Origin: a virus
Lineage: Duplodnaviria > Caudoviricetes
Strand: one strand, 5' to 3'
Virus record (IMG/VR): IMGVR_UViG_3300020594_000249
Location: 1-28,744 of that record
DNA: 28,744 nucleotides
This document shows, one piece after another, positions 26,390 through 28,744 of this stretch; the first letter of the stretch is position 1, and each line of letters begins with the position of its first letter. The position numbers were made by a program, and so were the translations under genes. The notes beneath the pieces were generated by a model. That model was not told the origin of the DNA, did not search any database, and saw only the letters and a program-made list of their open reading frames with translations.

Positions 26390-26632
26390 ATGTCTGACCC
26401 CAACGTTTCCGCTGACCAGCTCAGGCTTTTGATTGAGCGCATTGAGCGCCTCGAATCGGAGGAGCAGGGCCTCAAGGACGACAAGAAGGACGTCTATCTG
26501 GAGGCAAAGGCAACCGGCTTTGACGCCCCCACGATCCGTAAAATCGTGAAGCTCCGCAAGATGGAGAAGCACGATCGGCAGGAAGCCGAGGCGCTGTTGG
26601 CTACGTATTGCGCGGCGCTCGGAATCGACTGA
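26390..26632 (+). CDS. DUF2312 / GapR-like DNA-binding protein
   Basis: ADQLRLLIERIERLE...KDVYLEAKATGFD...IRKIVKLRK...EALLATYCAALG; AAAGGA RBS. Confidence 0.9.
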   Translation: MSDPNVSADQLRLLIERIERLESEEQGLKDDKKDVYLEAKATGFDAPTIRKIVKLRKMEKHDRQEAEALLATYCAALGID

Positions 26633-26681
26633 ATTTCCACAAGGGAGCGGGGAGCGCCGAACAAGCCTCCCCGTAGAGATC

Positions 26682-27023
26682 ATGGTTTACCTGCACATTT
26701 GGGCTGATGGCGACAAAACGGATGTGATCCGAGATTTCGAGGCGCCGGCCGACGCCCTTGATGGCGCGGATGTGCTGGTCGCGGCTTATGAATATGAGAA
26801 TTACAGCGGCGATGCATATGTGCTGTTCCGACGGGGTGGTAAGCTATTAGAGGTCAGTGGTTCGCACTGCTCATGCTACGGCCTTGAGGGCCAATGGGAG
26901 CCGGAGGAGACGGCAGCCGAGACGTTGCTCGCGAGGATAGAGCGCGGCGGCGATTGGTATATACACGGCGTCAAGGATGCCGTTCTCGCCGCGATCAGCC
27001 ATGATGGGCAGGCCACAGCATGA
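26682..27023 (+). CDS. conserved hypothetical phage protein
   Basis: YEYENYSGDAYVLF...GSHCSCYGLEGQW motif. Confidence 0.75.
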   Translation: MVYLHIWADGDKTDVIRDFEAPADALDGADVLVAAYEYENYSGDAYVLFRRGGKLLEVSGSHCSCYGLEGQWEPEETAAETLLARIERGGDWYIHGVKDAVLAAISHDGQATA

Positions 27024-27316
27024 CCGACCTAACCCTCCAGGCACTGGCAGAGGCGATCAAAGATGTGATCTGGCCGTCCACCGAGTGGGATAGCGAGACA
27101 GCGTGCGAAGCTGTGGCGTTGGCGTCATCCCGCGCCGTCCTCACCGCCATAGAGCAGGCGGGATACGTGGTGGTGCCGAAGGAGGCGACGGAGGAGATGC
27201 TAATCGATGGCGCCGCTGCGCATCGAGATTTCCTCTCGCAGAAAGGGCCGTATCCCAGGTCGAGAGCCGTTTATCGCGCCATGATCCAGTCCGCCCCCAA
27301 GATCGGAGATGCGTGA
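27020..27316 (+). CDS. hypothetical phage early protein
   Basis: GYVVVPKEATEEM...YRAMIQSAP motif common in phage early genes; coupled. Confidence 0.75.
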   Translation: MTDLTLQALAEAIKDVIWPSTEWDSETACEAVALASSRAVLTAIEQAGYVVVPKEATEEMLIDGAAAHRDFLSQKGPYPRSRAVYRAMIQSAPKIGDA

Positions 27317-27618
27317 TGGCTGACCCTGCCGACAATGAGGGTTTCTATGACGATTGCGGGCGGTGGTGGCCTGCCGATGCGGAATGGTGTGATCGCTGCC
27401 AAGGCATGGGCATAGCGGAGTGCTATTGCGGCGGAGATCAATGCTACTGCGAGAATTACGGCGAGATGGAATGCCCGCGCTGCGGTGGCGAAGGGTATTT
27501 CGTGCCTACACCTGCATTCAAGGAGGCTCGTGCAGAGCACGCCCGCTGGTGGACTGAGCTTCATCAGGCGCTTGAGGCGATCCCGCCTGCCCCCCAGAGC
27601 AAGGGAGACGACAGGTGA
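27316..27618 (+). CDS. DnaJ-type Zn-finger-like protein (100 aa)
   Basis: CDRCQGMG and CPRCGGEG repeats flanking CYC...CYC; TGATG start. Confidence 0.7.
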   Translation: MADPADNEGFYDDCGRWWPADAEWCDRCQGMGIAECYCGGDQCYCENYGEMECPRCGGEGYFVPTPAFKEARAEHARWWTELHQALEAIPPAPQSKGDDR

Positions 27619-27917
27619 CAGCGGCAGTCTTCAGTGTGGCGAGCCTTGCCGAGCATTGGGGATGCGGTTCAGATACCGTCTACTCATTGATTCGGTCGGG
27701 AGAACTTCGCGCCTTCAAGCTTGGGGGCAAGCTTCTCCGCATCAGGGCAGACGAAGTGGAGCGATACGAATGCCAGAATATAGCCTGCAACGATACCGGG
27801 ATAAGCTCGCCATTGTCTGGCATGAAGGCGGACGACGCCACCGACATTCGCTTGGAACGACTGATCGAGCGTCCGCAGAGGCCGCAGCTCGTTCATTCTG
27901 GCAACGCCGGTCTATAG
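27615..27917 (+). CDS. xis: excisionase-like HTH protein
   Basis: FSVASLAEHWGCGSDTVYSLIRSGELRAFKLGGKLLRIRADEVERY; immediately precedes the integrase. Confidence 0.8.
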   Translation: MTAAVFSVASLAEHWGCGSDTVYSLIRSGELRAFKLGGKLLRIRADEVERYECQNIACNDTGISSPLSGMKADDATDIRLERLIERPQRPQLVHSGNAGL

Positions 27918-28744
27918 GCGGGGAGGTCCACACAGTGGGAGAGGCCGTTTCCGCCTATCTGATCGCCAAAGCCGACATCGCATCAATCAAGCGGGCATCC
28001 GTTGCATGGAAGGCGGCCAAGCCGTTCTGGGATCGCATGCCAGTCTCACGCGTGGATGAGCAGGCCGCTATCGACTATCGGGTAAAGCGCGCCCATTGCA
28101 AGGCAATCACGGTCCGCAACGAACTGGCGGTCATTCGCGCCGCGCTCAACTGGGCCGAGAAGACCAAGCTTATTGGCAAGGCGCCGTTTGTGAAGATGCC
28201 GCCGATCCCGGCGAGCAATGTCGGGCACATAAGCAAGACCGAATTTCGTCGGTTGCTGGACAATGCCCTCGCCCCGCACATCAAGATTTTCCTGCAACTG
28301 GCAGTCGGAACGGGCGCCCGCACCAATGCGCTTCTGGACCTAACCTGGGACCGCGTGGACTTCGAACGAAATGTCGTCATCCTGAACCCCATAGAGCGCG
28401 TTCAGACGAGCAAATATCGCGCAACGGTTCCCATGAACGACCAGCTTCGCGACGCACTTCTAGCGGCCAAGGAAGGCGCGCTATCTGACTATGTGATCGA
28501 GCATGGCAGGGAAAGGGTTGCGTCGATCAAAAACGGCTTCAAGGCCGCTGCGCGCAGGGCGGGTTTGAAAGTCACCCCGCACATGATGAGGCACAGCGCA
28601 GCGGTCTGGATGGCCGAGGCAAACGTCCCATTTTCGCAGATCGCGCAGTTTCTCGGACACACTGATAGTCGGATAACCGAGCGAACATATGCTCGATTCC
28701 ATCCCTCATTTCTGACCAACGCAGCAAAGGCATTGACATGGTGA
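27770..28744 (+). CDS. int: tyrosine recombinase/integrase (324 aa)
   Basis: Catalytic set TGAR, TSKYR, HMMRH, LGH, TYAR; arm-binding-like N-terminus RHSLGTTDRASAE. Confidence 0.93.
   Translation: MPEYSLQRYRDKLAIVWHEGGRRHRHSLGTTDRASAEAAARSFWQRRSIGGEVHTVGEAVSAYLIAKADIASIKRASVAWKAAKPFWDRMPVSRVDEQAAIDYRVKRAHCKAITVRNELAVIRAALNWAEKTKLIGKAPFVKMPPIPASNVGHISKTEFRRLLDNALAPHIKIFLQLAVGTGARTNALLDLTWDRVDFERNVVILNPIERVQTSKYRATVPMNDQLRDALLAAKEGALSDYVIEHGRERVASIKNGFKAAARRAGLKVTPHMMRHSAAVWMAEANVPFSQIAQFLGHTDSRITERTYARFHPSFLTNAAKALTW

Larger units (their letters stand above)
1..28744. mobile_element. temperate podovirus-like prophage region, apparently defective or composite
   Basis: Phage genes throughout; integrase/xis, capsid, portal and lysis genes present; terminase, repressor and replication genes absent from the window. 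Confidence 0.9.

Noticed and set aside
27485-27769. N-terminal extension making the integrase 419 aa
   Set aside because: It overlaps the Zn-finger and xis genes and looks non-coding in that frame; ATG 27770 gives a normal-sized integrase
1-28744. CRISPR array, IS element or att site
   Set aside because: No regularly spaced repeats or transposase seen; the window ends at the int stop so att cannot be assessed

Overview
A GC-rich temperate phage or prophage segment, probably from an alphaproteobacterial host (inferred from DUF2312/GapR-like and RcGTA spike-base-like genes). It has three parts. (i) 1-3198 (+) is a translationally coupled early/accessory cluster. It holds a C5 cytosine methyltransferase that appears dual-coded (a second 351-aa ORF in the +1 frame carries motif IX), a DUF551-like gene, a Lar-like gene, and a 67-aa stand-alone GGQ (class I release factor domain 3) mini-protein coupled to a 38-aa membrane peptide. 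(ii) 3202-~25120 (-) is a podovirus-type late operon: portal, scaffold, BPP-1-like capsid and cement, spike base, adaptor, tail tube, three ejection proteins, fibres, holin, SAR endolysin and Rz/Rz1. It is interrupted by an HNH-AP2 endonuclease, a divergent moron and an antisense LbH acetyltransferase. (iii) ~25120-28744 (+) is an early-left arm running from RecT through DUF2312 to xis and a tyrosine integrase. Portal and RecT both lack their N-termini and are fused back-to-back near 25122, and no terminase, repressor or replication gene is in the window. This indicates a large deletion or a chimeric join. All family calls come from motif recognition by eye; no searches were run.
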